A program made the translations under genes and the position numbers. A stretch of 64,000 bases of DNA, from the NCBI GenBank assembly GCA_002633005.1, contig NMRA01000427.1, forward strand, positions 325,924 to 389,923, read 5' to 3'. The stretch comes from Phoronis australis (Eukaryota; Animalia; Phoronida). The stretch's first letter is position 1, and every line of letters begins with the position of its first letter. The notes under the pieces are model-generated. The model worked only from the letters and a program-made list of their open reading frames with translations, was not told where the DNA came from and did no database searches. Shown piece by piece: positions 15,401-25,631 of this stretch.

Positions 15401-18336
15401 CTTTCATCTTTTATAAAAGATATATTTTGATAGCACTTACGTAAAGGTGAGTCAATTTATCATAAAAACAATTGCTAGCAAATTTTTGGAGGACAGTGCA
15501 CAAAGCTTAGTATCTGAAAGTGTAACATAAATCCGATCAGCCATTTCTGAGACATCAGGTTCCAAAGGAAGCAAACTTTGAGCATTTTTCTAAAGTCCTA
15601 CCTAGCCTCAACTTAAAAACAACATCACTCACCAGCAGTATTTCAGAGTCGGGCATCAGAACAATGTCTGCCTGGGTCCTGTAAGGGTACACATCGTCGG
15701 CACCCTGAAAAAACACACAATGCAATAACAACTAAATACCAAGTCAAAAGTATTACATATCGGTTGACTGAGCAAACGTGGACCTCTGTCAGTATTAAAT
15801 TGGTCACAAAAAACATTTTATGGTAATTCTTCATGCACACAATAGTAATCAATGGTAGGCAAGTGAAATCATCAATTTTCTTCAGACCGAGAACATTCCA
15901 GTCTGTCACTTACACAGTTTGAACTGTCTAGATGTCACAAAACAGCAATTGGTTAAAGTTTCCATTATTTCAAGCAAAGTAATGAGCCTTTAAAAACTGG
16001 TCGATGGCAGTTTTGGCAATTATTTTAGTACGGAACAAGTGGAGAATTACTATGCCTTGTTTAGACAACAAACGCAACTCCGTCATCAACATCTTTAAAT
16101 CTTCTATAACAACACCAGATAAGAAAGAGAACACAAATTAAGATTTCCAGTTTTCATTTTCAATCCACGTGCAGTATGCACCGGAACTCGGCGTATAAAC
16201 TTCTGTTGACTCACCTCCAAAACAAGGTCACCAGCCTGACCTATGAGAACTCACCGTGAAGTTTGCAAACACACTCGCATCATTTCAGTGCTCATTTAAT
16301 GTCCCACGGGAAAATAATGTTACAGGGAGGTCTTATGTTGTGTTTCTATGGCAACCATTATTATAATAAGTCATAAAATTACAGGAAAAGGGTAGCAATT
16401 CTATGACTGAACACAATGCCAAATGATTTCTTCGCACATTGCAAAATACACCACAAAATATACCTCCTCAGAGGCTAATTAGCATATTCTCACCAAATAC
16501 TTACATTACTATTATAATAGCAAAGGAAAGTTTGCCATGGTTGTTGTTGACTAGAAAATGATGTGCAAGAACTGAACATTCACATTCCAAGGTGTAGAAC
16601 TGCGTATTAATCCTTTCATAACAAGTTGTAACACAAAATGGTTTCAAAAATTGTATGATAGAAAATATTTCAAAGCACAGATAATGGAAAACTGGAAACT
16701 TGACACTACCTAGTTTCTATTTGACACAAAAATGGATTAACACCCAGGGCAGTTAAATTGAGGCACAGTACCAGCACATGGAGCCTGTACGCACATTAGG
16801 GAGGCTCGGGTACTTCACAAGTTTCACTTGACAGATTGACACGTCTTTGACAAAAGTACCACTAGTGAACTCCACCAGACACAGGACAACTGCGGAAACT
16901 TAACTCAGGACAATCAAAACAACACTGGCCACTACAAATGTGTCACTGCAGTATTAATCCCGGGATGTGTAAGGGCGATGTCACTTGAGTACAATGAGCC
17001 ATCATCTCACCTTTTCAAAGTAGACCACGTCGAAGTCAGTACCATCAAAGTGGATCTGCTGGAACTCCACCATTAGATACATGTAGGGTGAGTCACGCTT
17101 CTGTCGTTCATTGATCATCTCAATCTCACGGAACACGAGACGGTCAAGCCAGTCCACCTTGAGCATGTGACCGTCCTTGTGCTTCTTGCTCAGCTAAAAC
17201 AACATTTGTGACAAGACATCAAACAACTGATGTTGATATTGACAATAGCACTTAGTGCCATCCAGCACTGGTGTGCCCTTAGTATGCAGTCGGTTGGAAA
17301 TAACATGACTGACAAGATAATAAAAAATTATACATTAATATTAGGCTTATTAGGCTTATGTAGCTTAATTACGCAGTCGGTTGGAAAAAACAAGGTCCAT
17401 AAGATATCAGAGAGCTGATATTGATATTGATAATAGCATTCAGTGTCACTCAGTGATGTTATGCAGCCTACGTAACTATGTAATCAGTTGGCCATAATAT
17501 AGGGCTCAAAAAATACCGTAAACGACATAATTATTATTGTACCACAATATTAGCCTCGAATGGCAGACACAACCGTGTAATAATCCATAAATTTATTTCA
17601 CTAGTGAGATAACATTTTGGCGGGAAACCGAGGTTGGATTCGAACCCGGACTTCAAGAGTTTCGAGTCACCGACTTTACCACTACACCACTCAGCAGCTG
17701 ACGTAACCGAACGTGAAAATAGAATACATAAATGAGCACGCGCAACAATTGCATGTTCAGCAAAGGGCATTGCACCGACATTTATGCACTACAAAAAATA
17801 AAGAGCATAATTTCCATAAAAACGATATTTTAATTCAGTGAAATTTTTCTCTCGTGTTCTCTGACTTGTAAATAACCGATCTCCAATTTGAATGCGGGTA
17901 TCGTGTCGTCGGCATCCTTTGACTTGAGCATTATAGTCGAAGCTTAGCGTGATAAAATGTATAGTAAACTATAATAGTTGCTAAACTTTAATTTATAGAT
18001 GCACTTTATTTCTATTTTGTTTTATTTTTCAATTGGTTTTGAGTAAAAGTATTATTTGACAAAAATAGCTCGGCTTTTCTTAAAAGGTCATGACCTCCAA
18101 CCCCGGGCCTCTGACATAGAAAGTCGAGAAAGGTAGATCAATTCATTGCAATGTTTCTCCTTCAGTATGTGGTATAAATAGATTATTACATGTTCTCAGT
18201 CGTTATGCCCCTTATCTAGAGCTCTCGTGGATTTTATAGAATTACCACCCTCGGGGCTAATGCTCCTCGGGAGATAATTCTCCAAAATCCACTCGGACTC
18301 TAGATAACGGGGGATAACGACTTCGCCATGTAATAA

Positions 18337-18412
<76 letters not shown>

Positions 18413-21400
18413 TAATATGACTCACACCTGGTATGCAGCTTACACTCATTTTGTCTGTCAGTTGGTAACTTGGTAACAACATGGCCAGCAAGGTATCAGA
18501 GACTTGATATTGATAAAAAATATTCAATATCACTCAGAGTTTACTATGTAGCCAATGCAATCAGTTGGAAAAACATGGACAAGATATCACCAACAGGCCT
18601 TTATCCAGGATTTTGAAAATAGGGTGTCCAAAATGGGGTTCCCAATATTCCAGGGCATCCATGATTCCGACGCGTAACCCCCCACCCCCAGCAATACCCC
18701 CAAACACACAGATTTTTTTACAAAAAAATGCATAGATCAAGGTTTTTACATAACAGCCTTCTATGGTGAGCATTTTTACTAAAAAAACTGTGTAGACCAA
18801 GACTTTACAATGCTGTCAATCAAGTGTCAAAATAGCAACAATTTGTATATGCATTATATATTTCTTCCTGCTTTGAAAAAAGAGCCCCCACTGTTAGCCT
18901 TCAGAGGCTTCCTAGTAGTCATTACAATGTGAGAGTCCAAACTTGAAAGGTTTCTATAGACAGTGGGCGTCCAAATGATACATTGGGCGTCCTTGCCAGG
19001 GCGTCCAGATTAGTGCTAGGGCGTCCATTTGGACGCCCAGGATGTACGCTGCATAAAGGCCTGAATTGACATACTGATATTAGCAGTGCGACTCAGTCCA
19101 TGACCAAACAGATATTAGAAATCTGAATTAGCAGTGAGCCCTTTTGGAAACGTCCATTTTACCGAAAGGATCTTTCAGAAACTGGTGCGACCAGCCGCAG
19201 CACTTTCCATCAGCTTTGAGCTTTTAATAGTATGTCTCAACTGATAAATTTCATGTCATCAGCAACTGTCACTTTGAAAACCAAATGTTAAGAAAATACT
19301 GACATCTTGCCCCCTTTTTCTCACATATAGCAGGCATTCAAAATGTTACCAAAAGACTCCCAAGGAAACTTTTTTGACCCTGGATTCAGAAAGAGCCCCA
19401 ATGAGGGCTTTTAACTTGGTGGGGCTCTTCGGAAATCACTTACCAGCTGCAGTCTCAGTAACCATTGCCATTCAAGCTTAACGCTACATAGGACCATCAT
19501 ATCTCAGAAATGGACGATCTAATTCACGTGAAACTGCTTTATAAGTTGTTCTCCAAAACACTGTTAGGCGATGTTTTCAAATTGATCCACTTTTGCATGA
19601 AGGTGTATCAAAAATAGGACATAGTTTGTAATTGTAATAAAGAAGGTTGCTTAAAACGAAAAAATACCTTAGAAAACTGTGCTGCAGCAGTGTTTTTGAG
19701 ATTTCAACTGTACATTAATCAGTATGGTCATGTTATAGATAATAATGTTTGGATAGGAGTGTATCTTATATTTTTGATAAATTGTAATGAAAAGACATTG
19801 TCATGTGATCAAATCAATGACAGATTAGTACAAAATTAAACATTAAAATCTACAGGCTTTCTACTTTATACTTTTACAGACCAAATTTCTATAACTTCAT
19901 ATATAATAAATGTGCAAACTTATTGACAAGGTCCTACATAACCTAAAGTATTACTAACATTTTTTTAAGTCTGGTCTGCACGCCACCTGTTGGCCACATC
20001 ACGTGATGTATTGCAGTCCAAGATTTTTCGTCAACATCCAATGTAATAAAGTGTCATAATTTTCCTTTTTAAAATCAATAACGGTTTTTAACAACAATAA
20101 ATCAAGCCTGATCATCTTTCAGTGGATCTAGTTAATGGAAACATTTATTGCCTACCTTTGTCAAGGTTTCCATTTGATCTTCGGGGTCACCGGCCTCCCC
20201 CGGGGTGGTGGTTGGCATCTGCCCGTCTCCTTCCACGTGAGGCCAGAGTTTCAAGTCAATCATGCCGCGACGAAATGTGCTGAAGCAGAACACAACATAA
20301 GTTTTTGTGTTATTGCTCGATGAGAAAATGTGAGATTACTTAAGATACTAGTTTATGCAAATGTTCCTCCCACTATAACAGCTTGAGAAAACAAATGAAA
20401 TATGTATTCCTTCAATTATGAAAAGGTTTCTATTAGAGACAATGGAAAATAAATTTAAAAAATTGGGTCATACCAGTAATTCTGAAACACATGAGCATAT
20501 TAAAGCATCGTGGTGTTTGAAATTAAGGAATAGTTTTGTGAAGAAAGCAATTCCCGTCTCCCATAAAAACGGATGAACTTGTCAGTTTTGTATACCCAAA
20601 TTAGTTGCAACAATCCCAAGTTAACAATGAAAATATCTATCTTACACAAATTTTCCAAAGAAATTCTTCAGTCGTGCACCGTCTCTTACCCAGATTTGCA
20701 GAAGAGAGACAAGGTTGCGCCACCGACAGGTTGCACCTTCTGTGGGCCATAAATATCCCAGACAGTGAGGCCAATTTGAGCATCCCTAGGTAAGTCGGAG
20801 TACTTTATAGGCAACGTCAACCATTCGTTCCAGCTACAAAAAGACAGAAAAGACAAAACTAAGTTGATCGCAGAAGAGAGGGTCCCAGTGATTCTAGTAG
20901 CCACAGCAATCGGTTGTTTCAAAAGTCATGGCAAAACCTGCAAATTAATTGATTACTGTGAAAAGAAAAGGGTCACATTAAGGACTGTGAACCAAACAAG
21001 AACATCTGGTCAAGTGCAGAATTGGTCCAGTCCACAAAAACGTACCCCCCTCAGTATAGTTCCTACAACTCTTAGTTCCTTAAAAGGGGCCACACCAGTA
21101 AAGTCACCACAAAGAACTTCAGATACCAAAACACACACGCAACTTGGTAACTTATGGGATAAGAGTTTTGTGGAATACAAGTCCTACAACCCAAAATCCA
21201 GAAGTGTCACGTGGGTCATCGTCTCTACGGGTAATCTAGTTGTTCATGTTTGATAGATGCTATTGCTCCTATCTGTGATGAGCAGAACTGTGATCTCTAC
21301 AAACTTCACGTCTCCTGTTCAACAATCGTATGGCTTTCCTGGCTAACTTTCAAAAGGTTAATTGGGTGTTGTGAGGATTTCTAGAAATCAAATTTCGTTA

Positions 21401-22833
21401 ATGTAGAACAGATCAGGCATGACAGCGTGGACCATACTGTTTATCCCAATGCTGGGGCTAAACAGTTAGCGTAACGTTAACTTGGTAAATGTGACATGGC
21501 AAAAGTCTCCGGTCACCAAATGAGAAATAAGGTAGCCAAAACAAGGAAACCCCATCTGCAGGTATGCAAAAGTCTTGGACCCTATTAAAGACAAATAGAT
21601 GGCGACAGGTAGAAATGAAGGTAACGAATTACCTAAACTGAAGATGTGAAGTTTCTGCAACAGGGAACTGAGCAAATGTCAGCCGCAACCCCTGAAATCA
21701 GACAAACGATGTTTTGTTTGTCAAAGACCACAAGTACATTAGTACATTGCGTAGTGCCTGATAATGATTAACTTCCCCTAATGCCCAGTAATTCTACCCA
21801 AGTTTATTTCCTATCCACAATGGAAGCAGACGTTCAGGACACTTCTTCTGTGCACGAGTCATGAACGGGTACTTCCAGTTTTTGCATAACTATTCCAAGG
21901 TGATTTCAGGGCTTCAAAGGAACACCTCATTACTTGAGACCAGGCTCTACAAGTTGGTTACAAGTAAACATGACAGGTCATTTCATGCACCCATCATGGA
22001 CTTGCACCAACTGATATAGGTGAAACTGTTCGCCATTTGAAAACCAGGACCAGGGAACATCTAAATTCTGACAGAAGTTCACATGTAAATATTCACCTAC
22101 AGAGCTCCAATCATTGTTATCAGCAGTGGTCTTTCAATGACTTTGCAATAATAGACCAGGCAGAAACAACAAAGGAGCTTAAAATTTGTGAGGCTCTAAA
22201 CATCAGTTGGTGCAAGTCCAATCTCAATAGGCAACTAGCACACCACAGGATGTCATTGTTGGTCTAGTTTATTGTCACTTTCTGTAACTGGCTGTATCTG
22301 TGCTTCATTACTTGTTGCTGGGCCTAACTAGGTGGCCACTAAATTCTCTCTTCTGATGATGGTGTTTGAATAAATGACACCGAAACATGTCAAGTCGATT
22401 TAAAACCGTGGTTGTTTTTATTAATACTGAAAGGGCTTTGCAAGCTCAGAAATCACTTTTCACAGGAAGAAGCAACAGACTGTGACCAGTTTTATTAAGG
22501 TACATGGTCTACCTAAAAAATCACATTTTTGATATAAGTTACAATTGCTTTAAATGAGTCTACATCAAAAAGATGTCCCAGAATGTAGGTTTATTGCACC
22601 CATGAAGTTGGCATGAGTCCATGAAACGTTCAACAACTACTCACTTCCAACGTGTACTGAAGGCTTTGTATGACGTAGACACAGGGAGTGCCAGCGACTT
22701 GTTGTCAGAATAAACTTGACAAGTTACATAAAGGTCGGAGCAGCCATCTTGGTAGGCCCCGGAGAAGGAGAGCATGGGGTCATCGACAAGGTCACGGAAA
22801 CTGGGTCGGTCGCGGTGACCTTCAAGTGTGCCG
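357..22833 (-). CDS. PIK3C3: Phosphatidylinositol 3-kinase class III catalytic subunit (Vps34); span of 16 coding exons (2213 nt) visible in the window; first coding exon not located, 3' exons beyond the left edge
   Basis: Hand-spliced exons all have GT/AG ends and compatible phases. Translation gives the Vps34 C2 domain (SDLYVTCQV...[16 protein letters not shown]), [21 protein letters not shown], the helical domain ([11 protein letters not shown]) and the kinase domain ([25 protein letters not shown]). Confidence 0.97.
910..1059 (-). CDS. PIK3C3: Vps34 exon ([49 protein letters not shown])
   Basis: 150 nt, CAG/GTAAA boundaries; Vps34 kinase-domain sequence. Confidence 0.95.
2018..2216 (-). 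CDS. PIK3C3: Vps34 exon ([12 protein letters not shown]...[46 protein letters not shown])
   Basis: 199 nt, CAG/GTGTG boundaries; includes the ATP-binding lysine motif IFKxGDDLRQD. Confidence 0.95.
2700..2843 (-). CDS. PIK3C3: Vps34 exon ([12 protein letters not shown]...[24 protein letters not shown])
   Basis: 144 nt, CAG/GTAAG boundaries; PLPxDP and ATLFK motifs. Confidence 0.93.
3184..3240. repeat. 19-bp tandem repeat x3 (GGATCACATGACCAAATTT)
   Basis: Three adjacent near-identical copies. Confidence 0.8.
3603..3713 (-). CDS. PIK3C3: Vps34 exon ([37 protein letters not shown])
   Basis: 111 nt, TAG/GTAAG boundaries; conserved RESGNRKKK. Confidence 0.92.
4453..4629 (-). CDS. PIK3C3: Vps34 exon ([28 protein letters not shown]...[11 protein letters not shown])
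   Basis: 177 nt, TAG/GTGAG boundaries; helical-domain motif LANxxYWYxxVE. Confidence 0.9.
5469..5568 (-). CDS. PIK3C3: Vps34 linker exon ([33 protein letters not shown])
   Basis: 100 nt, TAG/GTCAG boundaries; open frame that bridges the phase-2 donor at 6416 to the phase-0 acceptor at 4629. Poorly conserved region, so called on splice and phase logic. Confidence 0.75.
6416..6576 (-). CDS. PIK3C3: Vps34 exon ([25 protein letters not shown]...ARTESD)
   Basis: 161 nt, CAG/GTAAG boundaries; [11 protein letters not shown] motif. Confidence 0.94.
7090..7275 (-). CDS. PIK3C3: Vps34 exon ([11 protein letters not shown]...[11 protein letters not shown]...[12 protein letters not shown])
   Basis: 186 nt, CAG/GTAGC boundaries; helical domain. 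Confidence 0.95.
8376..8468 (-). CDS. PIK3C3: Vps34 exon ([31 protein letters not shown])
   Basis: 93 nt, CAG/GTAAG boundaries. Confidence 0.95.
11415..11519 (-). CDS. PIK3C3: Vps34 exon ([35 protein letters not shown])
   Basis: 105 nt, CAG/GTAAG boundaries; highly conserved Vps34 segment. Confidence 0.96.
12237..13400. repeat. Interspersed element with diverged internal direct repeats and a terminal hairpin (possibly Helentron-associated, HINE/DINE-like)
   Basis: Diverged ~250-bp direct repeats (about 12637-12885 vs 12985-13230), a recurring AAATTGCCACTAG motif, and a hairpin AACCACATA...TATGTGTGGTT near 13371-13397. Family assignment is inference. Confidence 0.35.
14049..14290. mobile_element. 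Short MITE (~240 bp)
   Basis: Imperfect terminal inverted repeats CATGGGGACCGTTCCAACAAAACTGA / TCAGTTTCTTGGAACAGGCCCATG; no coding capacity. Confidence 0.6.
14798..15367. mobile_element. PIF/Harbinger (Tourist-like) MITE, 570 bp
   Basis: ~40-bp TIRs GGGCTGTTCCAGCAAAATCTGTGTGGGAGGGGGGGAAGGCA / TGCCTTCCCCCCCTCCCATACAGATTTTACTGGAACAGCCC with a TTA target-site duplication; internal repeated AAATTACGGGTGGT motif. Confidence 0.8.
15633..15704 (-). CDS. PIK3C3: Vps34 exon ([24 protein letters not shown])
   Basis: 72 nt, CAG/GTGAG boundaries, phase 0 on both sides; fits between YFEK and ENLVE. Confidence 0.88.
17011..17193 (-). CDS. PIK3C3: Vps34 exon ([44 protein letters not shown]...VYFEK)
   Basis: 183 nt, TAG/GTGAG boundaries; VDWLDRL motif. 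Confidence 0.95.
17627..17695 (-). mobile_element. tRNA-like head (tRNA-derived SINE or tRNA pseudogene)
   Basis: Minus strand has an A box (TGGTGTAGTGG), a B box (GGTTCGAATCC) and a partial acceptor stem GCTGAG/CTCGGT; anticodon and T stems pair poorly. Confidence 0.55.
18179..18340. mobile_element. Palindromic (foldback) MITE, ~160 bp, abutting a (TA)n tract
   Basis: Arms TAGATTATTACATG..AGTCGTTAT..TTATCTAGAG..GTGGATTTT pair with AAAATCCAC..CTCTAGATAA..ATAACGACT..CATGTAATAATCTA. Confidence 0.75.
18339..18409. repeat. (TA)n microsatellite, ~35 units
   Basis: Uninterrupted TA run. Confidence 0.98.
18594..19063. mobile_element. MITE with CAGG...CCTG termini (hAT-like), 470 bp
   Basis: TIRs CAGGCCTTTATCCAG / CTGCATAAAGGCCTG; subterminal GGGCGTCC repeats; no clear TSD. 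Confidence 0.65.
20156..20279 (-). CDS. PIK3C3: Vps34 exon ([27 protein letters not shown]...QMETLTK)
   Basis: 124 nt, CAG/GTAGG boundaries; C2-domain sequence. Confidence 0.93.
20690..20833 (-). CDS. PIK3C3: Vps34 exon ([47 protein letters not shown])
   Basis: 144 nt, TAG/GTAAG boundaries; C2 domain. Confidence 0.95.
22012..22425 (+). mobile_element. 3' fragment of a Penelope-like retroelement (GIY-YIG endonuclease C-terminus plus 3' region)
   Basis: Translation [15 protein letters not shown]...[19 protein letters not shown]...NLNRQ follows the PLE GIY-YIG pattern (YIGxT.R.L..R..EH...E...I...LN); a hammerhead motif follows. Confidence 0.8.
22350..22394 (+). ncRNA. Minimal type I hammerhead ribozyme (Penelope-type)
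   Basis: CTT-CTGATGA-T-GGTGTT(loop)GACACC-GAAAC-AT-GTC-AAG: full catalytic core, stem II, palindromic stem III ACATGT, GUC cleavage triplet, 3-bp stem I. Confidence 0.75.
22645..22833 (-). CDS. PIK3C3: Vps34 exon ([40 protein letters not shown]...[10 protein letters not shown])
   Basis: 189 nt, CAG/GTGAG boundaries; starts in phase 2, so an upstream coding exon is required. Confidence 0.95.
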
Positions 22834-23584
22834 CTGAAACAAAAATCAAGTGGGTGAAATAGAAAATTTCAGAACTATAAAAAATACCATTGGGTACACC
22901 AAATTGAGAACAAACTCTGCAACCAACTTAATTGTGAGTTCTGATTGGACACAAGTCATTTACTAGGCAACCTTCAGTGGCTTGCCAACCATGACTGCAG
23001 CTATTGTTAACAGATTCTTGATGAAGTGATAAACTATGAAATGTTTTCAATAGTCGTTGGTAACAGAAATAGAATCTTACAAAAGTAAAGAATATTATGA
23101 GATCAATTTTACGAGAGCAGAGGGCCTAAATCGATTTAGCTTTAGAAGCAAACAGGCCCCTATTTCCAAAAAATACCACAAAAATCTCCACTCAAATTTT
23201 TCCCCATCTGTCGATCTTGCTAATCCACAGGCGCTCGAAAAATAGCATGCTCGAACAGCACATCCTACACAGGTGAGTAAGTGACTCACTAGAGCTCGTA
23301 AGCTTCAGCAAAGTGAGATTTGAGTGTCTAGTTTCCTCGCCGGCTTTTCATTAAAATGGCAATGAAAGACCCTGCGGCGCCCGGCTTAAAGCGCAAGATT
23401 GTGCTAAATCCTGCAGCTAATAGGGTGCCTGAAGACAAAATTAAAAACAACTGAGGGAATAGTAATGGCTGTAGGAAATAGTGGCGATGGCAGGAGAGGT
23501 AGACAATAATGGCAACAGGGGGAGAATTTGAGGCTATTATGGTGACTGGGAGATAATGGTGGCCACTGTGGAACAAAACAGTTG

Positions 23585-24496
23585 TGTAGTAAATGTCGAC
23601 GTCAGTCTCGGCTCTATGTTGTGATGTCCTTTTCGTGACAATGTTGGTCTTGGCCTGGTGCGACATCTAACGCCAGAAGAGCCCAGCCGAGGTCATACTC
23701 CTACCACGTGACGAGTCACCTATCAAGACCACGTGACAAGATCGTCTGGGCCTTCTGGAGTTCGCTGCCGTCCTGTGCGGACGCAATGTGAGTATTCTCC
23801 AGACTTTGCTCTTGCACCGTGTTAATAGGCCCGAACTTGTGTGTCCTCTTTGGCCAACCGACTCCCACTATTACAACATTTGGCGTAGTCGGCACCTATT
23901 TCCCGGTGTTGGAGAGGCGTGCGTGTCTTTCGGTGGTGGCGGGAAATAAGTTTTCATAACTTGTTTTCTCGTGCCCATTTTGACAGCCACGTGCGTCACT
24001 GCTTTTGCAGTGCCTGAGTTCAGGTGTACAAGTATTTCAAGCATTTTGCGTTAGTGTAGGGTAGCAGTTGTAGATATATTGTAAATAGTTATTTGTATAA
24101 TTGTATATTAAATAGTATAGTTTGTATTTATTATTTTTTTATTTTAGTTAAGTTTTGAACCTTTCTAGGAATTCTGGATTAGGTCACGTGACCACGTGGT
24201 TTTCTAAGACGAAGCCCCGTGTGTTAGTATGTCTTTCCAAGACAGGGTCCCAGTAAACTTCTGTCTTTCCCAAGAGTTATTCAAGCTCTCGGGCATGACA
24301 GAAGATATTGCCCAATCTATTCTGGCTTTTTGGCAAACTCAGCCGATAACCCCAGAGAATATTAACCACATCCATTCCGGATGGAGGTTGACGAGGAGTG
24401 CTATTTCTGGCATTGATTTCACCCAGTATGGTGATGTTCAGTCCCGAGATACCTCTCCTCTGGGTAGTCCTGTACGTACCCGTTTGCCCCAGGACN
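23585..24496 (+). mobile_element. 5' end of an LTR retrotransposon: LTR 23585-23878, tRNA-Ser PBS 23881-23894, leader, start of a gag-position ORF at 24229; cut at the N at 24496
   Basis: LTR bounded by TGTAGTAA...TTACAACA, followed by TGGCGTAGTCGGCA, complementary to the 3' end of tRNA-Ser. ORF MSFQDRVPVNFCLSQELF... is open up to the N. Confidence 0.75.
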
Positions 24497-24831
24497 CTTC
24501 TTGCCCACTTCGCCCATAAAATAATTCAGTGTAGGCCAACACTGCATGGGTGTGACAATTAAGGTCATACTAAATTTTCATTTTCAAAATCTTTTGAGCA
24601 TAGTTGAATAGTATGTGAAAATTGCACGTGGTTGGGTTTTTGAATTTTGAAAATCAGACAAGAAATGCCACAGTATTCTCAAAATAAAAAGAATAACAAA
24701 GATTGTATCAATTCAAATCACAAACTGCCCGCTGTATGAACCCGTAACACGAAATATTCTCCTAAAATATATGGATAAGATATAAAACACTTCAAAAAAC
24801 TCAAACTGGAGGTTCAAAAGTGCTTATCATG

Positions 24832-24986
24832 CAGTGGCGGATTTAGGGGGCAAGGGGGCCATGGCCCCCCTAAAGTTTTCCCAGATTCCATTGGGCAGTT
24901 CGCGGGGGTTGCGAATGTCTGACAGGCAAAAACATAGCTATTACTCTGCACTGCCTCCCCATCTCAAAATTTTGGATCCGCCCTTG
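24832..24986. mobile_element. Short G/C-tract MITE (CAGTGGCGGAT...ATCCGCCCTTG)
   Basis: Imperfect terminal inverted repeat with internal GGGGGCCATGGCCCCC palindrome. Confidence 0.6.
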
Positions 24987-25390
24987 CTTATGCCTAGCTC
25001 ATTGCTTGTTCAGCTGAAGGCACCGGCAGTGAAGTACTGCACTCCTTCACAGGCTACTTTCAGTCATAGGTGGCGCTGTGTCAGAGGGTAGTGAACAGCC
25101 AGCCGCCTCCACAATATTTTAGTTATCTATGGTAGTGACGTACATTGTACCTACGTGACGAGCGGGTACGGAGAACCATACAACTCGCAACAGTTGTCAC
25201 CAATCAGTAGTACCGGATATCATGGTGTACTACACATGAGGTGGTATCAATTCAAAACTCATATACTGCAGTTTTCTACTGAGAAAACGTGTACGTTTAA
25301 TGATATGTTTTCGAACTGTTTTAATCCGTTATCTCAAATTCCGAGCGGCCCTCAAATGAAATAATCGTGTTGTGGATCTAGAGATTTGTT

Positions 25391-25631
25391 AAAGGACGCA
25401 GTGTGGTCTAAGTGCCGATCGCGGTTTCGAGTCCCACTGGGCCACATTTCTAGACCAGCTGAGTTAGATGTCTAGCTCCTCAGCTCGGTTTTTTAACTAT
25501 ATATTAATAAAGCATAAAAATTTAAACATGGTTCCAAGTGATCAGTGCAATGGGCCCGGTCACCTGAGCGGCCTACGCAAGTCTGGTTCAACGCCTGTAC
25601 CAGACCGCCCGCATGTAATCATTTTTCCATA
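25391..25631 (+). mobile_element. tRNA-derived SINE, copy 1
   Basis: Degenerate A/B boxes (GTGTGGTCTAAG, GGTTTCGAGTCCC); body shares CTCCTCAGCTCGGTTTT, AATAAAGCATAAAAAT and GTGATCAGTGCAATGGGCCC with the reverse complement of 59392-59642. Confidence 0.8.

Noticed and set aside
17627-17695. Functional tRNA gene (possible CGA anticodon)
   Set aside because: Anticodon and T stems do not pair properly and there is no long variable arm; kept only as a SINE head or pseudogene.
18300-18533. ORF with an IYIYIY run
   Set aside because: Translation of the (TA)n microsatellite.
20864-21960. Intronic region with short ORFs that might be decayed retroelement sequence
   Set aside because: No diagnostic motif could be read confidently in any frame.
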